Positions 22,112 through 31,143 of a DNA stretch of 64,000 bases are shown here, in pieces. The notes beneath the pieces are model-generated. The model was not told the origin of the DNA. It saw nothing but the letters and a program-made list of their open reading frames with translations, and searched no databases. Made by a program: the position numbers and the translations under genes. Position 1 is the first letter of the stretch, and every line of letters starts with the position of its first letter. The stretch is from Verrucomicrobiota bacterium (lineage in GTDB: Bacteria > Verrucomicrobiota > Verrucomicrobiia > Limisphaerales > CANJSG01), in contig JBBQXJ010000004.1 of assembly GCA_038209745.1 (NCBI GenBank), positions 1-64,000 of the forward strand, given 5' to 3'.

Positions 22112-23566
22112 CTACTCTCCCCCAGCTCCCGTTGCCCCGTTGCCACCGCGTGGCCTTCGGCCCTGGCCACCGAAGCCGCCCATCTGCCGCATCAGTTCCA
22201 TGGGGCTCTGCACCGGCTGGCCGTTGATGAGGTTGTTCAGGTTCTGCTCGGTGAAGTTGATCGTGGCCACGGTCTGCTGGTCGTTCGGATCGATGGTCTG
22301 GCGGATGGTTTTCAACACCTGGATCCGGCTCTGGAGCACGGCGGGATCGGTCGGCGTCTCGGTGCCGCCGCCTCCGAGAGCGCCGCGTCCGGTGGTGCCC
22401 GACAGGCTTGCGATGGCCATCATCTTGGCCATGCTGTTCTGCTCCGGATCCGCGACGATCTTGTAGAGCAGTTCGTTGGCCCGCGGATTGACCCCGACCT
22501 GCCCGAGGATCAGCTGGGCAAGCGGCGCCTTGGCCCAGGGATTGGTCATCCGGGGATCGTTGTAGGCCTCCATCAACACGGCGACGGCCTGGTCCTTGAG
22601 AACCGCGTTCAAATAGTCGAGGGCGTTGCGGTCGATCTGGCCGCTCTCGATCACGAGAAGGGTCTTGGCGGTCGGGACGAAGCTGGTGTCGTTGTGCTGC
22701 TTGAGGATCTCGTAGAGGTAGCCCTTGGCGTTCTGGTCGAGCCGGTCCGGGTTGTCGATTTCCGGAAGGTTCGGAATGAGTTCCTTGGCCGCGCCGATCG
22801 CGATGTCGGTGTAGCGGTTGGGGGAGATCTCATCCAGCGCCTTGGCCGTCAGGGCGATCTCGACGCCGCGCGCGCTGGTCTTCAGGACATCGGCCAACGC
22901 GGCCTCCGCCTCGGTGCCGCCGATGTCGCGGAGGACATCGATCAGTCCGATGCGGAGCGAAGGCGGCAGGAAGAAGTCGAGCGTCGGATTGGTCTCCGTG
23001 CGGGCGAACTGCCCGAGCACCTGACGAGGATCATTCTGGTCCGGGGCGGCCGCGTCGCCACCAGCGCCTCGACGTCCTTGAGCAGCGGCTTGACCTGGAG
23101 CCCGGGTCCCCGCTGCTTTCGGCTGGGCAGGGTTGCCGGTTCGCTGGCGACCGCCACCCCGGCCATTCTCGGCGAACCCGTATGGGATGTCTTGGTTGAG
23201 CGTGAGAAAGGCATGGATCGCCGGCACGGCCGCTTCGCCCTGCGAAACGAGGTTCTGGAAATGGAACATGATTTCCCGGAGCGCCTTCTGTTTGTTGGCA
23301 TCGGGACGGAACGCCTGGAGCCGCTCCAGGGTCTCGCCGGGGGTCAAGGCTTTCGAGACATCGACCTCGACGGTGTCGACCCGGCCGGAACGCTTCCGCT
23401 CCTTCGCCAATTCCTGTTGGAGCCGGGCCTTCTCCGATTGGAAGGTGGCCTCCATCTGCGCCTTTTCTTTGGACCAGTCGCCCTTGGGAGCAGGCGAAGC
23501 CAACATCAGGTAGGTGGCACCCGCAGCGAGTCCGGCGGCGACGGTTCCGATGAAGAAGGATTTCAT
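22112..23566 (-). CDS. Hypothetical membrane-anchored helical (HEAT-like) protein
   Basis: N-terminal hydrophobic segment, coiled coil, PSLRIGLIDVLRDIGG.EAE..L helical repeats, Gly/Arg-rich linkers; coding-like codon bias. Confidence 0.75.
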   Translation of the reverse strand: MKSFFIGTVAAGLAAGATYLMLASPAPKGDWSKEKAQMEATFQSEKARLQQELAKERKRSGRVDTVEVDVSKALTPGETLERLQAFRPDANKQKALREIMFHFQNLVSQGEAAVPAIHAFLTLNQDIPYGFAENGRGGGRQRTGNPAQPKAAGTRAPGQAAAQGRRGAGGDAAAPDQNDPRQVLGQFARTETNPTLDFFLPPSLRIGLIDVLRDIGGTEAEAALADVLKTSARGVEIALTAKALDEISPNRYTDIAIGAAKELIPNLPEIDNPDRLDQNAKGYLYEILKQHNDTSFVPTAKTLLVIESGQIDRNALDYLNAVLKDQAVAVLMEAYNDPRMTNPWAKAPLAQLILGQVGVNPRANELLYKIVADPEQNSMAKMMAIASLSGTTGRGALGGGGTETPTDPAVLQSRIQVLKTIRQTIDPNDQQTVATINFTEQNLNNLINGQPVQSPMELMRQMGGFGGQGRRPRGGNGATGAGGE

Positions 23567-23658
23567 GTGTGTGGACAGATGGCCGAGCACTGAGACCGGC
23601 TCCAGATTGCCGCCGTTACAATAAAATGGGCGGTGGCCGGCAGTCCTCCGCCTCGGCT

Positions 23659-24513
23659 TTACCGAAACAGCAACACCGGCACCGGACACGTCCGCACCAT
23701 GGTCGTCGTGGTGCTGCCGACGATGAACTGCCGGATGCGGGAATGCCCGTAGGCTCCCATGACGAGGAGTTGGGCTCCGATTGTCTCCACGGACTCGGCG
23801 ATGACGGATTCAGGATCGCCCCCGTGCGCGTGGGTGGTGGCATCGATCCCGGCCACGCGGAGCTTTTCGGCCGCTTCACCGAGGAACCAACGGGCGTCGT
23901 CGTCCACGCGGCCGGTGGTGAGGAGATGGCAGTCGATTCCCTTGAGCAGCGGACTGGCCACCGCGAATTCGATCGCCTTGCGCGCGCTGGGTCCGCCGTC
24001 GAAGGCGATCAACATCCGCTCGATCGGCTCAAAGGTGAGCGGCGTGACAAGGACGGGGTGGTGGCAGCTGCGGATGACGCGTTCGAGGTTGCCGCCGAGA
24101 TGGTGGGGATCCACGGCGGCGGCTTCGCCCCGTTTGCCGAGCACCACCAGGTCGGCTTCGCCTTCGAATTCGGCGATGCCCTCCAAGAGCGAGCCGTGTT
24201 TCTGGTCGGCCACGATGTCGGTCAGGCCGGCGGTTTCCAGACGTTGGCGCGCCGCCGTGAGGACGATTCGACCCTTGGACTGGGCCGCGCGGCCGAGCGC
24301 CTGTTCGGTTTCCACCAGTTCCTGCATCAGATTTGCCTGGGCATTGAGACCGATCGTTCCGGTGTAGTCCATTAAGGCGGGACTCTCCCGATGGGCGTCC
24401 AACAGATGGAGAACATGGACGCGAGCGCCCAGACGGCGAGCGGCCCAGGCGGAGTGGTCATACACGCTCGGGGCGTAGGAGGAACCGTCGGTGCAGGCCA
24501 GGATAATGGGCAT
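23659..24513 (-). CDS. Universal stress protein (tandem USP domains)
   Basis: ILACTDGS...DLVVLGKRG...LGGNLERVIR; second domain LIAFDG...LLVMGAYGHSRIRQFIVGSTT. Confidence 0.95.
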   Translation of the reverse strand: MPIILACTDGSSYAPSVYDHSAWAARRLGARVHVLHLLDAHRESPALMDYTGTIGLNAQANLMQELVETEQALGRAAQSKGRIVLTAARQRLETAGLTDIVADQKHGSLLEGIAEFEGEADLVVLGKRGEAAAVDPHHLGGNLERVIRSCHHPVLVTPLTFEPIERMLIAFDGGPSARKAIEFAVASPLLKGIDCHLLTTGRVDDDARWFLGEAAEKLRVAGIDATTHAHGGDPESVIAESVETIGAQLLVMGAYGHSRIRQFIVGSTTTTMVRTCPVPVLLFR

Positions 24514-24545
24514 GATGTGGTTCGGCTGGATGGGCTTCGTCGGGA

Positions 24546-26039
24546 TCAGTGGCCGCCAAGATTGTCCAGCGCGCCGGGTTTGTCATGCTTTGCGAGCCGG
24601 GTCACGAGGGTCTGGCTGGCGGCGTTCATTCCCGTGATCTCCACGGCCGTGCCTTCTCGGCGAAACTTCAGCACCACGCGGTCGAGGGCGTTGATCGCGG
24701 AAAGGTCCCAGAAATGCGCAGGGCCGACGTCGATGCGGACCTTCTCCACTACTTCGCGGAAATCGAAGGCGTCGCCGAAGCGACCGGCGGTGACGAAGAA
24801 GAGCTGCCCACGGACGGTGTAGGTCCGCTCTTCTCCCTTGGGCGAAAGCGCGGACTCGACCGCCACGAAGCGCGAGACCTTGTGGGCGAAGAAGAGCGCG
24901 CTGAGCAACACCCCCACACCCACGCCCAAGGCCAGATTGTGGGTGAAGACCACGACCAACACGGTCGCGACCATCACGATGCTGGAAGACGCGGGATACA
25001 CGGCGAAATTGCGGAACGACGCCCAGTTGAAGGTGCCGATCGAGACCATGATCATCACGGCGACCAGCGCCGCCATCGGGATCTGCTTCACCCATTTCCC
25101 GAGCACCACGATGAGGATCAGCAGGGCCACGCCGGCGACGAAGGTGGAGAACCGCCCGCGACCGCCGGACTTCACGTTGATGACCGACTGGCCGATCATG
25201 GCGCACCCGGCCATGCCGCCGAAGCAGCCGGCGACGATGTTCGCCAAACCCTGGCCGGAGCATTCACGGTTCTTCGCGCTCGGCGTGTCGGTAAGATCGT
25301 CGACGATGGTGGAGGTCATGAGCGACTCCAGCAGGCCGACCACCGCCAACGGGATGGAATACGGGAGGATGATCCGCAACGTCTCCCAATTGAACGGCAC
25401 GTCGGGCAGGAAGAACGCCGGGAGGTTCGACGGCAGCTCGCCCATGTCGCCGACGGTACGGAAGGGCAGCCCCGAGACCATGGCGAAAGCCGTCAGCACA
25501 ACGATGCAGACCAGCGGCGAAGGCACCGCCCTGGTGAAACGCGGCAGCACGTAGATGATCGTGAGGCCGGCGGCGACCATCGCATACATCGGCCAACCCT
25601 GCCCTTTGAACTCGGGCAACTGCGCCATGAAGATGAGGATCGCCAGTGCGTTGACGAAGCCGATGACCACCGAGCGCGAAACGAACCGCATCAAGTCGCC
25701 CAGCTTGAACAACCCCGCCAGGATCTGGATGACGCCCGTCAGCACGGTCGCGGCGAGGAGGTATTGCAGCCCATGGTCCTTGACCAGCGAGACCATCAAC
25801 AGCGCCATGGCCCCGGTGGCGGCGGAGATCATGCCCGGCCGCCCACCGAAGAACGCGGTCACCACCGCGATGCAGAACGAGGCGTAGAGGCCCACCTTCG
25901 GATCCACCCCGGCGATGATCGAAAAGGCGATGGCCTCCGGGATGAGGGCCAACGCGACGACCAGACCGGCCAACAGATCACGACGGACGTTTCCGAACCA
26001 CTCGGTTCTCAGGGCGCTCAGATTCAAATCTTGTTTCAT
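24546..26039 (-). CDS. SulP family inorganic anion transporter with STAS domain
   Basis: [39 protein letters not shown]-terminal GQLFF...HFWDLSA STAS. Confidence 0.95.
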   Translation of the reverse strand: MKQDLNLSALRTEWFGNVRRDLLAGLVVALALIPEAIAFSIIAGVDPKVGLYASFCIAVVTAFFGGRPGMISAATGAMALLMVSLVKDHGLQYLLAATVLTGVIQILAGLFKLGDLMRFVSRSVVIGFVNALAILIFMAQLPEFKGQGWPMYAMVAAGLTIIYVLPRFTRAVPSPLVCIVVLTAFAMVSGLPFRTVGDMGELPSNLPAFFLPDVPFNWETLRIILPYSIPLAVVGLLESLMTSTIVDDLTDTPSAKNRECSGQGLANIVAGCFGGMAGCAMIGQSVINVKSGGRGRFSTFVAGVALLILIVVLGKWVKQIPMAALVAVMIMVSIGTFNWASFRNFAVYPASSSIVMVATVLVVVFTHNLALGVGVGVLLSALFFAHKVSRFVAVESALSPKGEERTYTVRGQLFFVTAGRFGDAFDFREVVEKVRIDVGPAHFWDLSAINALDRVVLKFRREGTAVEITGMNAASQTLVTRLAKHDKPGALDNLGGH

Positions 26040-26144
26040 TCAGAGAGAAAAACTTCGGTGTGGAGCCCACGGCGGCGTTCGATGGCCCAAGTCCGCTTTG
26101 CAGCGAGTCGGTAACGGGTTGCTCTGGTCCGGTTTCGAAAGCAC
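26040..26144 (-). other. Candidate 34-aa leader uORF abutting the sulP start
   Basis: GTG-started frame VLSKPDQSNPLPTRCKADLGHRTPPWAPHRSFSL*; its TGA is directly followed in frame by the sulP ATG. Confidence 0.4.
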
Positions 26145-26479
26145 CGATCATGCGGACGCAAAACGCCGCAGATTCCAAGCGGGGCCAGAATCCGGGGAGC
26201 GTGAACGGAAGCCGACAGACCCACGCCCGGTCTCACTGCGGGAAGCGAACCCCAAGGCGCTGCAACGACCGAGAAACCGTAGAGAACCCCCTCCGGCGGT
26301 GGCAATCTTCCTTTTGCCGGTCGATCCGCCGGGAACCGCTTCCGTTTAGCGTCCGTCGCTCCGCTACCGGGTCAACCTTGCCTAGGGACCCGGTCGCAAA
26401 GGCCCTGTCAGCTGGCAACATTTTCCCGTCGGACGGAGAGCCTCCCCCGAAAACCGGGGTTTCAGGCGTTTTTTTCCCG

Positions 26480-26495
26480 TGGCACCTCGGTTGCT
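26480..26495 (+). promoter_or_regulatory. Sigma54 (-24/-12) promoter of the flagellar operon
   Basis: TGGCAC-CTCGG-TTGCT matches the TGGCAC-N5-TTGCW consensus, 20 nt upstream of flgB. Confidence 0.88.
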
Positions 26496-26515
26496 GAGCG
26501 GAACCCGTTGTCGCC

Positions 26516-26896
26516 ATGATCGAAGGCCTGTTCTCCACCACAAACTACGTCGCCGCCAAGCACATGCTGGACGGCACGATGGCCCGTCACGAGGCCATTG
26601 CCTCGAACCTCGCGAACGTCCAGACCCCCGGCTACAAGCGGTTGGACTTGGCGCCAAGCTTCAAGTCGGAGCTCCAGAACGCCGTGGCTTCGGGCAATTC
26701 GGCGTCCCTCGCGAAGCTCAAGCCGACCCTCGCCATCGACACCACCGCCATCTCGCTCCGGCCCGACGGCAACACCGTCCAGATCGAGAACGAGATGATG
26801 AATCTGAGCGAAAACTCGGCCGAACACGCGGTCGAACTGAACATGATCACGGGGAATCTCCTCCGGCTCCGGATGGCGATGACCGGGAAAGGTTGA
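26516..26896 (+). CDS. flgB: Flagellar basal body rod protein FlgB
   Basis: RHEAIASNLANVQTPGYKRLD and RPDGNTVQIENEM motifs. Confidence 0.93.
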   Translation: MIEGLFSTTNYVAAKHMLDGTMARHEAIASNLANVQTPGYKRLDLAPSFKSELQNAVASGNSASLAKLKPTLAIDTTAISLRPDGNTVQIENEMMNLSENSAEHAVELNMITGNLLRLRMAMTGKG

Positions 26897-26901
26897 AGCG
26901 T

Positions 26902-27333
26902 ATGATGAACCTCATTCCAGGACTACAAGGGACCAGTTCCGCCCTCGATGCGGAGCGGATCCGCATGGACGTGGTTTCCCAGAACATCGCCAACGCCCAG
27001 GTCACCAAGGGCCCGGACGGCCAGCCCTACCATCGGCAGAACGTCATCTTCGAGAGCCAGTTGAACGCCGCCATGTCCGGCACGGACAATCAAGGTGCGA
27101 GCAACGTCATGGTCGCCCGGATCGTCCAGGACAATCGCCCACCGGTTTACGTCTACCGCCCCAATCATCCGGACGCCGATCCAAAGACCGGTCTCGTCGC
27201 GATGCCGAACATCAACATCCACGAGGAAATGGTCGATCTCATCGCCTCCTCCCGCTCGTTCGAGGCCAACATCGCCGCCGTGAGGACCTCCCGGCAGATG
27301 ATGTTGCAGACGCTGTCCCTCGGTAAGCGCTGA
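26902..27333 (+). CDS. flgC: Flagellar basal body rod protein FlgC
   Basis: ALDAERIRMDVVSQNIANA, PYHRQ, PNHPDAD..G.V.MPNIN..EEMVDLIASSRSFEAN. Confidence 0.95.
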   Translation: MMNLIPGLQGTSSALDAERIRMDVVSQNIANAQVTKGPDGQPYHRQNVIFESQLNAAMSGTDNQGASNVMVARIVQDNRPPVYVYRPNHPDADPKTGLVAMPNINIHEEMVDLIASSRSFEANIAAVRTSRQMMLQTLSLGKR

Positions 27334-27354
27334 CCGCTCTCGAAACGCTGAGCC

Positions 27355-27744
27355 ATGGACCCCCTTACCACCATGCGGGCCGCGATGCCGGTCGACGCCT
27401 CGAGCTTCGCGGACGCAATGCTGAAGCGCGCGGAAACCCTCCGCAATCCGGCCTCCGTCATCCCCTCTTCGGAGCTGAAAGACCTGGGCATACAGACCCT
27501 CCGCGCTCCGTCCGAAGCGTCCGCGGGCAACTTCGGCGATCTCCTGTCCAACATGGTCAAGGAGGTCAACACCAAGCAGGCGCAGTCTGCGGAGATCTCC
27601 CGCGCCTTGATGTCAGGCCAGAATGTCCCGCTCCACAAGGCGATGATCGCCTCCGAGGAAGCCAGCCTCTCCTTTCAACTCATGGTCGAAGTCCGCAACA
27701 AGCTCCTCGAATCCTATCAGGAGCTCATGCGGATGCAGGTGTGA
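27355..27744 (+). CDS. fliE: Flagellar hook-basal body protein FliE
   Basis: LHKAMIASEEASLSFQLMVEVRNKLLESYQELMRMQV. Confidence 0.96.
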   Translation: MDPLTTMRAAMPVDASSFADAMLKRAETLRNPASVIPSSELKDLGIQTLRAPSEASAGNFGDLLSNMVKEVNTKQAQSAEISRALMSGQNVPLHKAMIASEEASLSFQLMVEVRNKLLESYQELMRMQV

Positions 27745-27751
27745 CGCGTAA

Positions 27752-29371
27752 ATGAACAATCTCACCCAGCTCGGGCGGCAGATCGCCGCCATTTGGAAAC
27801 AGCTCGGCCTCAACCAGCGCATCAGCGTCGTGCTCGCCGCCGCCGCGGTCGTCGCCGGCCTCGCCTCCCTCGCCTGGTTTTCCGGCCGGAAGGACTACTC
27901 CCTGCTCTACGGAGGTCTCGACGAGGCCGAAGCCGGCAAGGTCGTCGCCGCGCTCGTGGATTCCAAGACCCCCTACCAGATCAAGGGACCCGGCACCATC
28001 TACGTGCCGATGGACATGGTCTACTCCACCCGCATGCAGCTCGCGGCCAAGAGCCTTCCCCAATCCCAGGGCGGCGGCGGCTACGAGATTCTCGACAAGG
28101 CCAACTTCGGCATCTCGGACTTCCTCCAACGCGCCAACCTGACCCGCGCGCTCCAGGGCGAACTCGCCCGCACGATCTCCATGCTGGACCAGGTCGAGTC
28201 GGCCCGCGTCATCATCGTGATGCCCGAGAACCGCCTGATCCTCGACGAGAAACGCAAGGCCTCCGCTTCCGTGTTCGTGAAGGTCCGGGGCAGCGGCGAC
28301 CTTCCCCCTTCCGCCGTCAATTCCGTCCAGTTCATCGTCTCCAAAGCGGTCGAAGGCCTCGCCGCCGCCAATGTCTCCGTGGTCGACCAGCGCGGCAACG
28401 TCCTCTCGGAAAACCAGGACCAGAGCACCGCTGCGGGAATGTCCTCCAGCCAGTTCTCCGCCCGCCGCCAAAACGAGCAATATCTCACAAAACAGGCCGA
28501 AACCATGCTCGCCAAGGTCCTCGGCCCCGGGAACGCCGTCGTTCGTGTCGCCGTCGACATCAATTGGGACTCCGTCACCCGCACCGAGGAGAAGTTCGAC
28601 CCCGACGGCGCCGTTCCCAAGAGCGAGACCACGGACGAAGAAGACGTCATCAGCAACTCCACCGGCGGCTCCGGCGGCTCCGGCGCCGTCAGCGTCGCCA
28701 GCAACCTCGGCACAACGAACGGAGCCTCCAGCTCCCCCCTCACCTCCTCCAACACGAAGAAGAAGACCACCACCAGGAGCTACGAGCTCAACAAGACCAC
28801 CAGCAGCACGGTTGTCGCCACCGGCGACCTCAGGAAGGTCAGCGCCTCGGTCATGCTCGCCCAGGTCTTCACCGGCTCCGGCACGAACCGCGTCGCCGTT
28901 CCCCGCACCGCCTCCGAGCTCACCAAGCTCAAGCAGATCGTCGCCAAGGCCATCAACACCCCGGAATCCGAAGTCGTCCTCGAAGAGATCCCCTTCAACG
29001 AGCAGCCCGCCATGGAGATCGCCACCACCCTGGAAAAGCAGGAGAAGACCCAGCTTTACATGGACCTGGGACAACGCCTCCTCTACCCGGGCGTCGCGCT
29101 CGTCCTCGGCTTCATGTTCTTTCGCACCTTGAAGAGGACCAAGTCCGACGACCTGCCGATCGGAGCCGCCATTGGCGACCTCTATCCCGACGGCGTCGGC
29201 ACCGACAGCATGGGTCTTCCCTTCCGCAAGAAAAAGGAGGAGGTCGTCACCGTCGAGGTCCTGAATCGACTGATCCGCGAAAACCCCTCCAGCATGACCC
29301 AGGCGGTCCGCTCGTGGATCAACCGCAGCGAAACCGACCCCGTTCAACCGCCCGCCAACAACGTCAAGTAG
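27752..29371 (+). CDS. fliF: Flagellar MS-ring protein FliF
   Basis: TM1, YSLLYGGL, GYEILDK, RALQGELARTI, SARV, ASASV, KFDPDG, SYELNKT, TM2. Confidence 0.95.
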   Translation: MNNLTQLGRQIAAIWKQLGLNQRISVVLAAAAVVAGLASLAWFSGRKDYSLLYGGLDEAEAGKVVAALVDSKTPYQIKGPGTIYVPMDMVYSTRMQLAAKSLPQSQGGGGYEILDKANFGISDFLQRANLTRALQGELARTISMLDQVESARVIIVMPENRLILDEKRKASASVFVKVRGSGDLPPSAVNSVQFIVSKAVEGLAAANVSVVDQRGNVLSENQDQSTAAGMSSSQFSARRQNEQYLTKQAETMLAKVLGPGNAVVRVAVDINWDSVTRTEEKFDPDGAVPKSETTDEEDVISNSTGGSGGSGAVSVASNLGTTNGASSSPLTSSNTKKKTTTRSYELNKTTSSTVVATGDLRKVSASVMLAQVFTGSGTNRVAVPRTASELTKLKQIVAKAINTPESEVVLEEIPFNEQPAMEIATTLEKQEKTQLYMDLGQRLLYPGVALVLGFMFFRTLKRTKSDDLPIGAAIGDLYPDGVGTDSMGLPFRKKKEEVVTVEVLNRLIRENPSSMTQAVRSWINRSETDPVQPPANNVK

Positions 29372-29374
29372 CCC

Positions 29375-30412
29375 ATGGCCGTCGCCGAAAAGGAAACGAT
29401 CCCGCTCGACATCGGGCGGATGACCAAGGTCCAGAAACTCGCCTGCCTCCTCGTCATCCTCGGTCCCGACAGCGCGGCCGGGATCATGAAGGAGATGGAG
29501 GACACCGAGGTCGAGGCCGTCTGCGCCGAGATGGTCAAGATCCCGATGCTCCCCCGCGAACTCCAGAACGCGATTCTCAAGGAGTTCACCGGCGTCGCGA
29601 TCGAAGCCAGCACCTCGGTCCTGGGCGGTGTCGATTTCGCCCGGAGCTCCCTCGAAAAATCCGTCGGCGTCTACAAAGCATCGGACATCATCAGCCGCGT
29701 CGCCCCGGCCCGCCCGCCGCTCGGCGCCATGCAGGACCTCGTGGACATGGAGGCGCGCCAGCTCCTCAATCTGATCAAGCACGAGCAGCCGCAGACCATC
29801 GCCCTCATCATCAGCTACCTGAAGCCCGACAAGGTCGGCAGCGTCCTTTCCCAGCTCCGCGGTGAACAGCGGGACGCCGTCCTCGAGCGCATGGCCACCC
29901 TCGCCCCGACCCCCATCGAAGTCGTCGAGAGCGTCGTCAACGTCCTCAACCGCCGGCTCGGCAACCGCCAGGTCAAGGCCATGAACCAGACCGGCGGCGT
30001 CAAGAGCACCGCCGAAGTCCTGAACGCCATGGACAAGAACCTCAGCAAGTCCCTGCTCGTCACCCTCGAAGAGCGCAATCCCGAGCTCGGCGCCGCGATC
30101 CGCCAGAAAATGTTCACCTTCGAGAATCTCACCCTCCTCGACGCCTCCTCCCTCCAGAAGATTCTGCGCGAGATCGAAATGCGCGATCTCGCCGTCGCCC
30201 TCAAGACCTCCAGCGACAAGCTCAAGACATCCCTCCTCTCCTGCCTGTCCAAGCGCGCCGCCGAAACCGTCAACGAGGAGATCGGCTTCATGGGACCGCT
30301 CAAGCTCCGAGACATCGAGGCCGCCCAGTCCCGCATCATCGAGGTCGTGCGCCGCCTCGAAAGCGACGGTGAAATTGATCTCGGCGGAGGTGGCAATGAC
30401 GCCGTGGCTTGA
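29375..30412 (+). CDS. fliG: Flagellar motor switch protein FliG
   Basis: GGVDFAR, EQPQTIALI, GGVKSTAEVLN, MFTFENL, SKRAAE, GPLKLRDIE. Confidence 0.96.
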   Translation: MAVAEKETIPLDIGRMTKVQKLACLLVILGPDSAAGIMKEMEDTEVEAVCAEMVKIPMLPRELQNAILKEFTGVAIEASTSVLGGVDFARSSLEKSVGVYKASDIISRVAPARPPLGAMQDLVDMEARQLLNLIKHEQPQTIALIISYLKPDKVGSVLSQLRGEQRDAVLERMATLAPTPIEVVESVVNVLNRRLGNRQVKAMNQTGGVKSTAEVLNAMDKNLSKSLLVTLEERNPELGAAIRQKMFTFENLTLLDASSLQKILREIEMRDLAVALKTSSDKLKTSLLSCLSKRAAETVNEEIGFMGPLKLRDIEAAQSRIIEVVRRLESDGEIDLGGGGNDAVA

Positions 30413-31043
30413 GTCCATCCGGTTCACCGCGCCCCTGCGCGGCATCCGCCTCGTCTCCGCCGAGTCGCACCCGGTCGCCGACGCCTCCGCCGGCCCGGAT
30501 TCCGCACCCGATGCCGCCGCCGGCTACCCGCCCACCATCGACATCGAGCAGGAGATCAAAGCCGCCTTCGAACGTGGCCGGCTGGAAGGCGAACGCTCCG
30601 TCAGCGAACAGCTCGTCCAACAGCGCCAGGAAATGCAGGCGCTCCTCAACGGCGTCGTGCTCCCCCTCCAACAGGCCGTCTCCCAGGTCGTCCACGATAC
30701 CGAGACGACCGTCAGCGAGCTCGCCCTAGAGATCGCCCGCAAGCTCGTCGCCGACTTCCCCATCAGCTCCGGGCTTATCGAGGCCGTGGTCAAGGACGCC
30801 ATGGCCCAGGTCGAGGATACCGCCGAATTCCACGTCAAGATCCACCCCAGCGATCTGGATCTCCTGGTGAAGGCCGAGTCGCCCCTCCTGACCCCGTCGG
30901 CCACGAACAACAACAAGGTCCACTTCCAGCCCGCGCCCGACGTCAGCCGCGGCGGCTGCATCGTCCAGACCCGGTTCGGCACCATCGACGCCCGGCGCGA
31001 AACCAAGCTCGATCTCCTCCGCGAAAGCCTCCACAGCGCATGA
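30396..31043 (+). CDS. fliH: Flagellar assembly protein FliH (SctL family)
   Basis: AFERGRLEG repeat, KIHPSDL, RGGCIVQTRFGTIDA; GGAGG RBS; overlaps the fliG end. Confidence 0.9.
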   Translation: MTPWLESIRFTAPLRGIRLVSAESHPVADASAGPDSAPDAAAGYPPTIDIEQEIKAAFERGRLEGERSVSEQLVQQRQEMQALLNGVVLPLQQAVSQVVHDTETTVSELALEIARKLVADFPISSGLIEAVVKDAMAQVEDTAEFHVKIHPSDLDLLVKAESPLLTPSATNNNKVHFQPAPDVSRGGCIVQTRFGTIDARRETKLDLLRESLHSA

Positions 31044-31066
31044 AACCAGCGTCCATTCTCCACTCA

Positions 31067-31122
31067 GGCATCCCACATTCGGCATCCCGTATCAGGATTC
31101 TGGCATCCGGAATCTGGGATCC
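31067..31122. repeat. Eight degenerate tandem heptamers (GGCATCC-type) in the fliH-fliI spacer
   Basis: GGCATCC CACATTC GGCATCC CGTATCA GGATTCT GGCATCC GGAATCT GGGATCC. Confidence 0.8.
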
Positions 31123-31143
31123 CCGCCGGCCCAACCTCGCGCC

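Noticed and set aside
27725..30445. 906-aa minus-strand ORF, and similar long antisense ORFs (57776-61000, 44867-47047, 33405-35705, 14270-16201)
   Set aside because: They lie opposite well-supported genes; strong GC3 bias removes antisense stops, and they contain no recognisable motifs.
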